Positions 28,244-37,199 of a stretch of 64,000 nucleotides of DNA are shown here, in pieces (position 1 is the stretch's first letter; every line of letters begins with the position of its first letter). The stretch comes from an uncultured virus (IMG/VR IMGVR_UViG_3300030426_000047) (taxonomy: Duplodnaviria; Heunggongvirae; Uroviricota; Caudoviricetes). Both the position numbers and the translations under genes were made by a program. The stretch is from IMG/VR virus record IMGVR_UViG_3300030426_000047; one strand, given 5' to 3'. The notes under the pieces were generated by a model that was not told the origin of the DNA, searched no databases, and saw nothing but the letters and a program-made list of their open reading frames with translations.

Positions 28244-28316
28244 CTCCTTTTTTGATCTGGCCGAAGCCAGATACTACTTTCGACTGTGCGTCAGTTAGTA
28301 TCTTGCCCTAGCATTA
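28244..28316 (-). repeat. Inter-cassette repeat copy
   Basis: Identical 23-bp core plus hairpin ATCTGGC-TTCG-GCCAGAT plus AAGGAG. Confidence 0.9.
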
Positions 28317-28319
28317 GCA

Positions 28320-28880
28320 TTATTGAAACTGCTCAAACTTCTGTTTGGTTATTTCTCTGAACGTCGCCCCAGGATCTTCTTTCTTTGCGTCTGCAACGCC
28401 ATCGCCAGAACAAACACCGATAACACTACCGGTGTGTTTGCCGATTATTTCATAATATTTTTCATCGGCAACCTTAACAAAAAGACTGCACGGACTTGGG
28501 CCAGCAACATGCCCTTTACATTGCGCCGGATCCACTTCCTCGAGCGCACACTCGCAGCATTCCTCGTGGCTCCTATCAACTCTGAGGCCAAGGCAGTCCT
28601 CGATGTCCTCTATTTCTGATTCTGTGAGATAGTGAACATCTCCTGATTTTTTGAGTTTATTCCACTCCTCGACAGACAACCCCATGCCGCGAATCATTGA
28701 GGGGAGCCTTTCACCCTGGTGTGCACAATGCCACCCAAAGAGTTGTTGCTCGGCTTTGTTGAGTGCAATATCGGCAATCTCCGGAATATCTGAAAGTATC
28801 CCATCGGCAATATTGTCAGCGCCCAAAAAATGCAACTCGTCCACCACCCTATTTATGCTTTTAACAAGTTTCTTTTTCAC
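28320..28880 (-). CDS. Hypothetical protein (cassette)
   Basis: GTG start after repeat RBS AAGGGG. Confidence 0.6.
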   Translation of the reverse strand: MKKKLVKSINRVVDELHFLGADNIADGILSDIPEIADIALNKAEQQLFGWHCAHQGERLPSMIRGMGLSVEEWNKLKKSGDVHYLTESEIEDIEDCLGLRVDRSHEECCECALEEVDPAQCKGHVAGPSPCSLFVKVADEKYYEIIGKHTGSVIGVCSGDGVADAKKEDPGATFREITKQKFEQFQ

Positions 28881-28889
28881 GGTTTCTGC

Positions 28890-28944
28890 CCCCTTTTTGA
28901 TACCTGGCAAAAGCCAGATTATACTATCGACTGCGCCTCAATAA
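28890..28944 (-). repeat. Diverged inter-cassette repeat copy
   Basis: TATTGAGGCGCAGTCGATAGTA-TAATCTGGCTTTTGCCAGGTATCAAAAAGG. Confidence 0.8.
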
Positions 28945-29396
28945 TTAATTTTAAACGAGCCGCGACTTGCCAGGTACTGCTTTGCTTCGAGCAAACCCTG
29001 CTCCTGCTTATCTGTAACTTTTCGCTTTGGCCGTGGAGCTGTAAGGTTGTGAGCGGGAATACCAAGTGAAACAGGCATGGCCCAGCGAACCGTCTCAGAT
29101 TTTTTTTGCGCGGCAGCTGGGGGATCCGCCACCGGCAGAACGGCCTTACTTGCCTCCTCACGTGTTATTTCTGCGGCAAGACCAGTTACCAGCCGAACAC
29201 TTCTCCGGATGCAACCACAGGACCTTGTTGCCCCAGCCAGCAGGCTTCCGGCATAGACCGTGAGTTCATTGCCGCAGTCGCATCGGCATTTCCAGCGGAT
29301 ACCGTTCGACTTACCCGGGCGAAGCGTGACATCTTCCTCGATTACATGAAGGCGGGTAAAGGTGCGACCGGTTAAATCAAATTTACGCCTGCCCAT
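28938..29396 (-). CDS. Protein with the N-terminal module of phage AP2/HNH homing-endonuclease-like proteins, no evident nuclease domain
   Basis: DLTGRTFTRL..WKCRCDCGN..L..G.TRSCGC. Confidence 0.7.
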   Translation of the reverse strand: MGRRKFDLTGRTFTRLHVIEEDVTLRPGKSNGIRWKCRCDCGNELTVYAGSLLAGATRSCGCIRRSVRLVTGLAAEITREEASKAVLPVADPPAAAQKKSETVRWAMPVSLGIPAHNLTAPRPKRKVTDKQEQGLLEAKQYLASRGSFKINY

Positions 29397-29721
29397 GTTG
29401 ACACCTCAAAAGATCAGTAGATTTCCGATCAACCAGAGCGTTAACCAACATAAAAGAAAATTCGTCATCCAAACTCAGCCCGAGCAACTCACAGAGAAAG
29501 ACGATCAGCACTTCGCGAAGCGCCTCACCATCGCTACCGGCGACAATCGCCACCTCTTCAGGTGACCTGCCATTTGCCGGACGCTGCCACACATAACTGT
29601 CGCGGTGGGGTAGATAGAGCAGTTCAGAACCAGCCTCAAAAACCATCACCGTCCGCGTCGCCACCACTTCCCTCGAAATCTCTGAACTCATCGAATCCTG
29701 ATAAATGGTCTCCACTGCCAT
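29383..29721 (-). CDS. Hypothetical protein
   Basis: Co-oriented ORF overlapping neighbours. Confidence 0.4.
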   Translation of the reverse strand: MAVETIYQDSMSSEISREVVATRTVMVFEAGSELLYLPHRDSYVWQRPANGRSPEEVAIVAGSDGEALREVLIVFLCELLGLSLDDEFSFMLVNALVDRKSTDLLRCQHGQA

Positions 29722-30298
29722 CTCCGTCTATTTCCAGTTCAACCATGAATTCGCCCATGGCCGCGTATTCGTTCATTTGCCGGTCTTTTCTTTCAATCAA
29801 AAATTCGAGCAGCTCTGACGCCCGGGTCTGGTCGCCGCGGACGACTGCTATGATCTCGGCAAGCGAGGTCTGGAACATGTATTCAAGACCGCTGTCGAGC
29901 ACCACCGCCCGTGCTGCCAACTCGGCAGCGACATCGCTTTTCAGCACGTAAAGTTTTCTTTCAATGAGAAATTTGAACTCCTCGCGCTTGGTCGCGACGT
30001 CAATCCGCCGGATCTCCTTCTGTGTTTTTTGCGCCGCCAGGTTGACCGCCAGGTCGCCTTCCATCATTCCATTGGCCGACTCATGCACGAGACAGGTCCT
30101 GGCATATTTTCTTACCGCCGCCCGGGAGTAAACCCCGGCACGATTTGTGCGGAGTTTACCGTCGGTGCAATGGTTGTAAAACGTCTGCCGCTTAACAGGC
30201 CAACCCGATCCGGTCAGGAAAGCAAGGACCTCACTTTTCTTTTTGGTCTCTTGGTAGCTCGCCCAATCTGGGCCGCTGGTGGCGGTGTTTTTTACCAT
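29636..30298 (-). CDS. Putative terminase small subunit (N-terminal HTH plus coiled coil)
   Basis: VKRQTFYNH HTH-like segment and helical C-terminus; only candidate upstream of GpA terL. Confidence 0.5.
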   Translation of the reverse strand: MVKNTATSGPDWASYQETKKKSEVLAFLTGSGWPVKRQTFYNHCTDGKLRTNRAGVYSRAAVRKYARTCLVHESANGMMEGDLAVNLAAQKTQKEIRRIDVATKREEFKFLIERKLYVLKSDVAAELAARAVVLDSGLEYMFQTSLAEIIAVVRGDQTRASELLEFLIERKDRQMNEYAAMGEFMVELEIDGDGSGDHLSGFDEFRDFEGSGGDADGDGF

Positions 30299-30301
30299 CG
30301 A

Positions 30302-30523
30302 CTATTTACACGGGTAAAACGTTTCAGAGCCACAGCGCGGACAGCAGAGAACGTTGACAGCTATGCCAAATTCAGTAGACAGATCAGCGCTTTGCTTTGT
30401 TTCTTTTTCATTGTCCGTTCCGGACCACTTGCACTTGCGACGACTGCACCTATCGCGGCCCCGCGCCGGCAGAACAGGATAGGCGAAAGACTGAGTCGCG
30501 CCATTAACGATTAGACCTGTCAT
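30302..30523 (-). CDS. Small zinc-ribbon protein
   Basis: CSRRKCKW..CPRCG. Confidence 0.5.
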   Translation of the reverse strand: MTGLIVNGATQSFAYPVLPARGRDRCSRRKCKWSGTDNEKETKQSADLSTEFGIAVNVLCCPRCGSETFYPCK

Positions 30524-30732
30524 TTGATCTCTCCCTTACCTTTTTTTCCAACCTTGCCAAATGGCAGCGTCAACTGCCGCTTATCCTCATTACTGCCGCC
30601 GACCGGCCCCACCCATCTGCAGGCGGCCTCAACCCGCTTTGCTTTTTCTTCCATTGCAGCCATATAAGTCCGGTCAACCGGACGCCCACCAACCAGCCCG
30701 ACACGGGGAAGTTTAAAAATAGGCTGTTCCAT
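30520..30732 (-). CDS. Hypothetical protein
   Basis: GGAGG RBS before MEQP; QLTLPF terminus. Confidence 0.45.
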   Translation of the reverse strand: MEQPIFKLPRVGLVGGRPVDRTYMAAMEEKAKRVEAACRWVGPVGGSNEDKRQLTLPFGKVGKKGKGEIK

Positions 30733-30773
30733 TCGCTTTTCCTCCTTTTGCTTTTGCGGCTGCAAGCCGCCAC

Positions 30774-32153
30774 TTAATCGACTACGTATTCAGCACGTGG
30801 CACGTTCGCCCGGACAATCCGGCCGGCCACGTCCATAGGCTGGCACTCCGTACAGAAATAGCCACCGGCATCGCTGGCCAAGAACCGATCCCCAAAACAG
30901 ATACTGCACCATCGCAACCCGGGAATAGCTTCAGGCAATTTATCTTCAATCTCGACATCGTTGTTTTTCTCGACACACTTTTCCGACTCACCCCCTCCCC
31001 CCGGCGTGAAGCTCACAGGTGATAAGGGCAGCTCATGGCTAGCGTTAAATGTCGACAGTTCTGGAACGAGGCCTGCCTCGATCCATGGTCGAAGATTGCC
31101 GCCCAACTCAGCGTAGTGTCCTGGGTCCTTGCCCTGCGGTACCGGCCAGAATTTCGCCCGCCGAAAAGCAGAGAACCACCGCGTGCAGGCAACCTGGCCG
31201 GCTCCTTGCTTTCCGTCCTTGCCTTGATCGGCATCCAGCGACACCATGATCACCGGCAGCTGCGCAAGCTCATGCCGTAAATTTTGCGGGACTCCGGTAG
31301 AAACCGACCCGACTGCTACAACAAGTACCTGATCGTGAGCAGCCGCCACGGCCATACCGTCAAGCTCTGCCTCGACGATCACCGCCCCGCGGATCTTGCC
31401 GGCAGGACGAAGGACCATCGGCTCATTTCCCGAACCTTCCAGCCAGACGTATTTAAGATCGGACAAAAACTTAGCCCTGGTTTCATCGGTACGGCGAACG
31501 CGCAGACGGTGGATTCGGTTATCATCATAAATCGAGATAAGCAGGCCTCCCGGAATCCACAATTCAGTTTTTCCTGATCTGGGCGCCAGGCCTATTCTGT
31601 CTCGCTTGACCCTCTGATCGTGCCCGAGCCAGCCAAGGCCAAAGCGGTCGGCAGCTTCACGGGTAATCCCTCGCTTGGCCAGCCACGCCAGAACCTCATC
31701 ATTTGCCTGCAGGCGAGACACGGCTTTATCGATAATAGACTCAGCCCACTCACGCCACACAGCCTGCGGCGTCTTGACGATGGTCAGCGGCAAATCGTTG
31801 CCTGGCAAAGGAGCCATTGGTGAGATGGTTTTTGGCTGTCTGGCAATTTTCTTACCGGATCCGTCACCCATACGGCAGGTCCCGCGCACCGAGCACGCTA
31901 CCGCCCTGCAGTCCAACCCGGCGTACTCGTGGGCCTCTGGACAGGTCTTTCCTTCCTTCTTGCGCAGCCAGGTGATGATGTCGCCACGAAACGAACAGGC
32001 AAAACACATGAAACCGCCGTCGGTATAAAAGGAAAATTTGTCCGACTTCTGCGAGCCACCGCACTCCGGACACGCTCCGGCATACCGGCCACCCTTCTTC
32101 AACAGGGAATAACGAGCGGCGATTTCCTGAACTATCGATAAAATGTTGCTCAT
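30774..32153 (-). CDS. DNA primase (CHC2-like zinc finger plus TOPRIM)
   Basis: CPECGG..FMCFAC..GDII; IVEAELDG; SLDAD; GKDPG. Confidence 0.85.
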   Translation of the reverse strand: MSNILSIVQEIAARYSLLKKGGRYAGACPECGGSQKSDKFSFYTDGGFMCFACSFRGDIITWLRKKEGKTCPEAHEYAGLDCRAVACSVRGTCRMGDGSGKKIARQPKTISPMAPLPGNDLPLTIVKTPQAVWREWAESIIDKAVSRLQANDEVLAWLAKRGITREAADRFGLGWLGHDQRVKRDRIGLAPRSGKTELWIPGGLLISIYDDNRIHRLRVRRTDETRAKFLSDLKYVWLEGSGNEPMVLRPAGKIRGAVIVEAELDGMAVAAAHDQVLVVAVGSVSTGVPQNLRHELAQLPVIMVSLDADQGKDGKQGAGQVACTRWFSAFRRAKFWPVPQGKDPGHYAELGGNLRPWIEAGLVPELSTFNASHELPLSPVSFTPGGGGESEKCVEKNNDVEIEDKLPEAIPGLRWCSICFGDRFLASDAGGYFCTECQPMDVAGRIVRANVPRAEYVVD

Positions 32154-32165
32154 AAAAAAGCCCTC

Positions 32166-32438
32166 CTCATGGCTTTTGGCCTCTCAATACGCTGCCCTCT
32201 ACTAACTCATGGTAAATAACATATTGATATATATATATAATATTACTTACCATGAGTAACATGAGTAAAATGTATACGTGACATGGAAAGTAAAAAAACA
32301 GAGTAATATTATCTTCCGTACGCGCGTCTGCAATTTGCTCATGGTCCTCATGGCAAGACCCTTTTCCTTTGTGTTTATCTATAGTTAAAAGCCATGAGTT
32401 GATAGAGGGCAGCGTACTGAGAACCGAAATGCCATGAG
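32166..32438. promoter_or_regulatory. Putative replication origin with CCATGAG iterons and long flanking inverted repeats
   Basis: Eight CATGAG copies in both orientations; ~47-bp imperfect IR (32166-32212 / 32392-32438); AT-only core ~32221-32245; lies between helicase and primase. Confidence 0.75.
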
Positions 32439-32444
32439 TAGATG

Positions 32445-34049
32445 TCATGATTCACCCCGCTGTTTGCCCCTGATGCTGTCCGAAACATCATCCTTGATGG
32501 TCAAGCGGTGAACCCATGTAGATCCACCAGACGGTTTAACTTCGAAACCTTTTTCGCGTAGAGCAGCCGTGACTTGCTTTATCTTCAAAATATTTTTGTC
32601 GTTATCATCGTTGCTCTGGGTCCACCAATATTTGAAAACCTCGTACATCGTCTTAGTGGTGATCCGGACCTCTGGCCGATCAGGCCACTGATCGCAGCAA
32701 TCCTCGATAAACAGACCGATATAATCGTTTTCTTTAACCAGCCTGCTGACATGATCGAGCACCTGTTGTGGCGGCTTTAGGCCATTCTGCTTCCAGTCCT
32801 GGCACCCCTCGACGATCCAGCGCAGAATTCCCGGTCTGTACTTGGCCAGTTTTTCGTGTAGCTTCGGGTCTTTCTTTCTAAATTTTTCAGCCAGGGCGGG
32901 AAACTTCTTCTTTTTTTCCTCAACATCGTCGACATAAATAAACGGATATTCGATGATCAGGATCCGCTCGATCAGCGACAGCTCGCGAGTCAGGCCTATC
33001 GGGAAATTATTGGTCTGGCAAAAAATGGAATGAGAAGGAGCAAAAATGATTTCACTTCGGAAGTTCGGCCGGCACTTAACCATGTTCATACCAGTCAAAG
33101 ATTTGAGCGCACTGGCGTCGATCCGCTGGCCCTTGTTCGTCTCGGCGGCGACGATGAACCGTTTATGCAGCAGACTGTATTTATGCTCTGACGCGGCGGC
33201 AGGCCCTGGTTCGTTACGTTGCTCAAGGATCATGCCTTTGTCGATCTCGTGGTAATACGGCCCAAGGACATCGGACAAAGCATTGAAGAAAATTCCTTTA
33301 CCATTACGCCCAGGGCCAATGTAGATCCAGATATATTGCTCATGAGTAAAGCCGGTGGCGGCATAACCTGCCGACCGTTTTTGGAACTGCTCCATCTCTT
33401 CCGAGTCGGAAACCTCCCGGACAAAATCAACCCATGGCTCGTATTCGGCACGCGGATCGTACTCAATATCGAGCGCCTTGGTCATCCGATCAGCAGGCCT
33501 CCCTCTGGTTAAGGCGCCGGTCTCGAGGTCGATGACACCATTCGCCACCGGCAGTAACCAAGGATTCTGATTAAATTCAGCTTCCTCGCATGCCATTTGT
33601 CGATCGACAACAGCTGCCATCGACAATGCCTTCTTCGCGCCGTTCTCAGACCGCAGCCTAGATACCCGAGAGATATACTTATCGCGCAGAGCGATCATCC
33701 AACCGTCATCGTCTTTTTTCTTGATCCCGCGCTCTTCAATTTTTTCAGAGAGATCGATAGCCATTCGGGAATATTCAACGGCACACTCCTCGACCGCATC
33801 GATAGATTTTCGAAAGATATCTCGCTGCCAGACATTACCCTCCCAGGAGTACCACTCTGGATCCTTGTTGACGGTAACGTTAAGCAAGAAACGGTCCTTT
33901 AAAAGCGAAGCAGCCATGCAGCCATCACCGCGCTCGTTGCCGTCTAGGCAGCTTTTGACAAACAGAGGATCGAGCGGCTCGCGCACCACCTCCGGCAATA
34001 ACCCTGCCGCCCGCTCCTCAACCTGCCGTGCTATCTCTTGCTCGTTCAT
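32445..34049 (-). CDS. P4/D5-family SF3 helicase (phage/plasmid primase P4 family C-terminal domain)
   Basis: WLLPVANGVIDLETG D5-N; GPGRNGKG Walker A; LKSLTG; QTNNFP. Confidence 0.9.
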   Translation of the reverse strand: MNEQEIARQVEERAAGLLPEVVREPLDPLFVKSCLDGNERGDGCMAASLLKDRFLLNVTVNKDPEWYSWEGNVWQRDIFRKSIDAVEECAVEYSRMAIDLSEKIEERGIKKKDDDGWMIALRDKYISRVSRLRSENGAKKALSMAAVVDRQMACEEAEFNQNPWLLPVANGVIDLETGALTRGRPADRMTKALDIEYDPRAEYEPWVDFVREVSDSEEMEQFQKRSAGYAATGFTHEQYIWIYIGPGRNGKGIFFNALSDVLGPYYHEIDKGMILEQRNEPGPAAASEHKYSLLHKRFIVAAETNKGQRIDASALKSLTGMNMVKCRPNFRSEIIFAPSHSIFCQTNNFPIGLTRELSLIERILIIEYPFIYVDDVEEKKKKFPALAEKFRKKDPKLHEKLAKYRPGILRWIVEGCQDWKQNGLKPPQQVLDHVSRLVKENDYIGLFIEDCCDQWPDRPEVRITTKTMYEVFKYWWTQSNDDNDKNILKIKQVTAALREKGFEVKPSGGSTWVHRLTIKDDVSDSIRGKQRGES

Positions 34050-34176
34050 AAATTAAATTGATAATTTTGCGCCAAAAAATTCACGCCGAAAACCTAACAA
34101 AAACACCGCTCGACATGCAGCAAAACTCATTTTCCAATTTTCCAACCAAACCAAATCTTTCAAGCCAGCCGGAACT

Positions 34177-34220
34177 CGAGGGCCCCGAAACCGTGTTTCT
34201 GCCCCTTCCAGGGAGGACCC
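34177..34220 (-). other. Putative cos site (cosQ plus cosN)
   Basis: GGGTCCT, 23 nt, TTTCGGGGCCCT, CG: same spacing as lambda GGGTCCT-23nt-GGGCGGCGACCT-CG. Confidence 0.65.
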
Positions 34221-34498
34221 ACGATTTCTCTGGCTGATCTTCAAGATCTTGTCCTGTCGGCCCGAGGTCTCCATAGGGGGCAAAGGGGCAGCTGGAAAGG
34301 GCTGGCATGAGAGCGCAGACTATGGACGCTCTGAACCTTGAGCAGTTATCGCCACTGCGATCTGATGATCCAGTATCGCGTCTATAGCTGGCGGGATGAG
34401 GTTTACTACAGTGAGATAGGTGAGGCACACGACTGCAACTGCTGACGACACAACCAGGGAAACACCGATACGTTTGTACGTTACGTCTTTCATAGTCT

Positions 34499-34690
34499 TT
34501 ACCCCTTACTGTTGATGAACTTGGTTGTTTTGCGAATGGTGGCCTTGTTGCCCGAGGCATGGGCCTCGCGGATCAGTCGCGACTTTTCGGCTATCGAAAG
34601 GCTGGTCGCAGGTGCCACCATGTTGGTTATAAGGCGCGTCAGTTCCGCTATCTCGCGGCGAAGCTCGGCTACCTCTTCAGCAAGGCCCAT
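34499..34690 (-). CDS. Small hypothetical protein
   Basis: Coiled-coil ORF directly after cII-like gene. Confidence 0.55.
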   Translation of the reverse strand: MGLAEEVAELRREIAELTRLITNMVAPATSLSIAEKSRLIREAHASGNKATIRKTTKFINSKG

Positions 34691-34691
34691 G

Positions 34692-35174
34692 TTATTTGCT
34701 CTTTGCTGAAAGCAATATCATAATGGCCTGGATAGCGTCGTTGCCTTCGCGCTCCAGCTTTTTCTGTTCTTCGTCAGTGATGGTGCCGTCTTTAATGGAA
34801 GCTGTGACCGCCTTTATAAAATCGCCGAACTCGATAACTGCGTTGAGCGCTTTTGTCTGCAGATCTGCAGTGCAATCCTTTTCAGGCTTTGGAATTGGGA
34901 TAGCAACCCGGCCTAAAGAAAACTCGATCAGGTCAAGGATCTGGAAGTCCCCGGTCACGCGAATCAAAGGCATGAGATACTTCAATGGGAAACGAACACC
35001 GCTTACCTCGGGCCCTTCTGTATCAGGATCGAGGGTAGCAGCGCGGTATAGATATGAGGGCGCCATGTCGATCTGCTCGGCGATGGCCGCGACCGACAAT
35101 GTGTCGTGATGATGAATGGTATCGTAAAGAGCCTGCTTTAATGTTTTAACCTGTTTGTAATAAATTGATTTCAT
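34692..35174 (-). CDS. Phage regulatory CII-family protein
   Basis: HTH (VAAIAEQIDMAPSYLYR), LIRVTGD, IKDGTITDEE; downstream of cro. Confidence 0.75.
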   Translation of the reverse strand: MKSIYYKQVKTLKQALYDTIHHHDTLSVAAIAEQIDMAPSYLYRAATLDPDTEGPEVSGVRFPLKYLMPLIRVTGDFQILDLIEFSLGRVAIPIPKPEKDCTADLQTKALNAVIEFGDFIKAVTASIKDGTITDEEQKKLEREGNDAIQAIMILLSAKSK

Positions 35175-35198
35175 GTTGATAATTTTCCGTCGAAATTT

Positions 35199-35444
35199 TC
35201 AAAACCATCTATCGGCAAATTGCCCATTCTTGGTGCGATTGTCATAGCTTGCAAAATCGAAGGGCTGGCATGCTTCCCATGAGCCAGGCCGTTTATGGCA
35301 GCTGCCCGCGTAATGAAGAAGCGCCTCGAGATACTCACGCGGCGTCACGCCTTGCTGCTCTGCCATTTCCTGCAGTAGTTTTGCTGCTCCGTCACATATG
35401 GAAACCCGTGAAACCTTTTCTTTCGTCATTCTCGGAACCTCCAT
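35199..35444 (-). CDS. Small RHH-like DNA-binding protein
   Basis: RVSI..AAKLLQEMAEQQGVTPREYL. Confidence 0.55.
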   Translation of the reverse strand: MEVPRMTKEKVSRVSICDGAAKLLQEMAEQQGVTPREYLEALLHYAGSCHKRPGSWEACQPFDFASYDNRTKNGQFADRWF

Positions 35445-35636
35445 TTTATTTGACTGATCTTAAGATCTCGCCCTGGTTGAAAATCAATCGGTGAGATTAT
35501 CATTGAAACTTACGGGCTTAGGATGAAATATCCATTCCCGCAACCTACTTTCTACTTGCGAAAATGCCCCACCCCCTGTTAGGTTGCCAAGTGCCAGCTC
35601 GACAACCGGAATTGCGTCCAGGGGATGAGGACTTTT

Positions 35637-35846
35637 TTATTCCTCTCCTGCGGGCCGTTCCGGCCATATTTCGTTTGCGCTTTTATGGACTATTGAAGAG
35701 ATGATCTCCCGAACCTCGGGGATATTCCTCTCTCCTTTTATGACACGGTAAAAAGTGTGCTTCGAGTAGCCATTCTCTACGGCTACGTCCGCCACCGGTT
35801 TGCCGGTCATCAGTCTTATCGCGCCTATGATTTGTGTCTTAGTCAT
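35637..35846 (-). CDS. Cro/Ner-like HTH repressor
   Basis: VADVAVENGYSKHTFYRVIKG..EIWP; divergent from cI; start taken at MTKTQ. Confidence 0.75.
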   Translation of the reverse strand: MTKTQIIGAIRLMTGKPVADVAVENGYSKHTFYRVIKGERNIPEVREIISSIVHKSANEIWPERPAGEE

Positions 35847-35862
35847 GGATACAAAAATATCT

Positions 35863-35893
35863 GAAAATATTCCCGGTTGCAAGGAATATTTTC
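35863..35893. promoter_or_regulatory. Operator-like inverted repeat in cro/cI intergenic region
   Basis: GAAAATATTCC-N9-GGAATATTTTC perfect 11-bp IR. Confidence 0.6.
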
Positions 35894-35921
35894 CCATTTA
35901 TCCGGAAATAATTCCATTGCT

Positions 35922-36461
35922 ATGGGAAAAAACAGGCAACACACTGACATGTCTATAGAAAATATTTTTATTTCAAGGATAAAAATCCTTTTAAAAGAAA
36001 GCAGTCCAACGGCATTCGGAAAAAAATGTGGCATAGACGCAAAAACTGTCAGAAGCGCTCTTGAAGGAAAAATCCCAGGTCAACCAATACTTGCAAAAAT
36101 TTCGAAAGCAACGGGGATGAGCGTCGAATGGATTCTTGGACTTGAAAAAGAAGAATTTAATCAGCAGCACTTACAGACTGTTTCAGAGCCACCACCAATG
36201 AAAAGCATTCAGAAGTACGAGCAGATTATGTGGAAGTTTCAACATCTTTTTGATTTTTTGATTGAATCTTACGGTGAAAACTCCATAGCGATAAACGATT
36301 TTCTATCGAAAATGGAACGGGATTTTTTAATAAATGATCCAGATTATCGGCTATGGACGTATCGAAAAAGGGAGCAAGCTGCAGAACTGCAAAAAAAACG
36401 AGCAGATGAAAGTGGTGAGTTTAAACCTATGGGTATCAAATCGGTTAATAGCAAAAAATAA
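35922..36461 (+). CDS. CI-like repressor (XRE HTH; no S24 peptidase domain evident); start uncertain
   Basis: SPTAFGKKCGIDAKTVRSALEG.IPG...LAKISKATGMSVEWILG. Confidence 0.8.
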   Translation: MGKNRQHTDMSIENIFISRIKILLKESSPTAFGKKCGIDAKTVRSALEGKIPGQPILAKISKATGMSVEWILGLEKEEFNQQHLQTVSEPPPMKSIQKYEQIMWKFQHLFDFLIESYGENSIAINDFLSKMERDFLINDPDYRLWTYRKREQAAELQKKRADESGEFKPMGIKSVNSKK

Positions 36462-36531
36462 TTCATAAATATCAACATCTAAATAAATTATTTTTTGTAC
36501 CACATTGTAGCTTTTACAAAAAGAGGCCACT

Positions 36532-37191
36532 ATGACAAACACTTATATTGACGATGATGGACAACCATTAAATAGAATGTATGGCCGAAAAAGGCTTAAC
36601 GACCGGACCATTGATGAACTTATTGGAATGGTCAAAGGTATAACCGCTGACGGAATTGTTAATCAAGGAGAGGCTGAATTTTTATTTAACTGGATGAAAA
36701 GAAACACAAAGTATTGTGAAGACAGGATTGTCAACACGCTGTACTCACGAATAAAAGAGATGCTGGTTGACAAAGTTCTCGACAAACAAGAACAGAGTGA
36801 ACTTTTTAAAATTCTAAAAAGCATTTCTGGTGAGCAGTGTCCATCTGCGCAGGTCGAAGCGACGGCAGCGGTATTTCCTCTCGACAAGCCGCCACCATCG
36901 GTCGAGGTAGCCGGGTCGGTTTTCTGTTTGACTGGTAAATTTGCTTATGGTCCTCGCAAGATTTGCAGTACAGCAATTATTGAGCGGGGCGGGATAGTAA
37001 TAGACGGAGTATATAAAAACCTTGATTACCTTGTGATCGGTAGTCTATGCAGTTCAGAATGGATTCACACGACTTATGGAAGAAAGATTGAAAAAGCAAT
37101 GGCTATGCAAGACGAACATTCATTTGAGCCAGAAAAACGGAAAATATCGATAATTCATGAAGACCATTGGGCTCGCTACGTTTTTTTATAA
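36532..37191 (+). CDS. BRCT-domain protein with TerB-like N-terminus
   Basis: GITADGIVNQGEA; FCLTGKF..RGG..LDYLVIG..YGRKIEKA..IHEDHW. Confidence 0.85.
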   Translation: MTNTYIDDDGQPLNRMYGRKRLNDRTIDELIGMVKGITADGIVNQGEAEFLFNWMKRNTKYCEDRIVNTLYSRIKEMLVDKVLDKQEQSELFKILKSISGEQCPSAQVEATAAVFPLDKPPPSVEVAGSVFCLTGKFAYGPRKICSTAIIERGGIVIDGVYKNLDYLVIGSLCSSEWIHTTYGRKIEKAMAMQDEHSFEPEKRKISIIHEDHWARYVFL

Positions 37192-37199
37192 AAAAGATC

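Noticed and set aside
19577..28944. Repeats as a CRISPR array or canonical integron attC sites
   Set aside because: Spacing is gene-sized and irregular, and there are no cas genes. No paired RYYYAAC...GTTRRRY boxes enclose the repeats; the single GTTAGGC near 20527 overlaps a stop codon.
32167..32448. 93-aa ORF between helicase and primase
   Set aside because: Low-complexity translation across the iteron/AT-rich origin.
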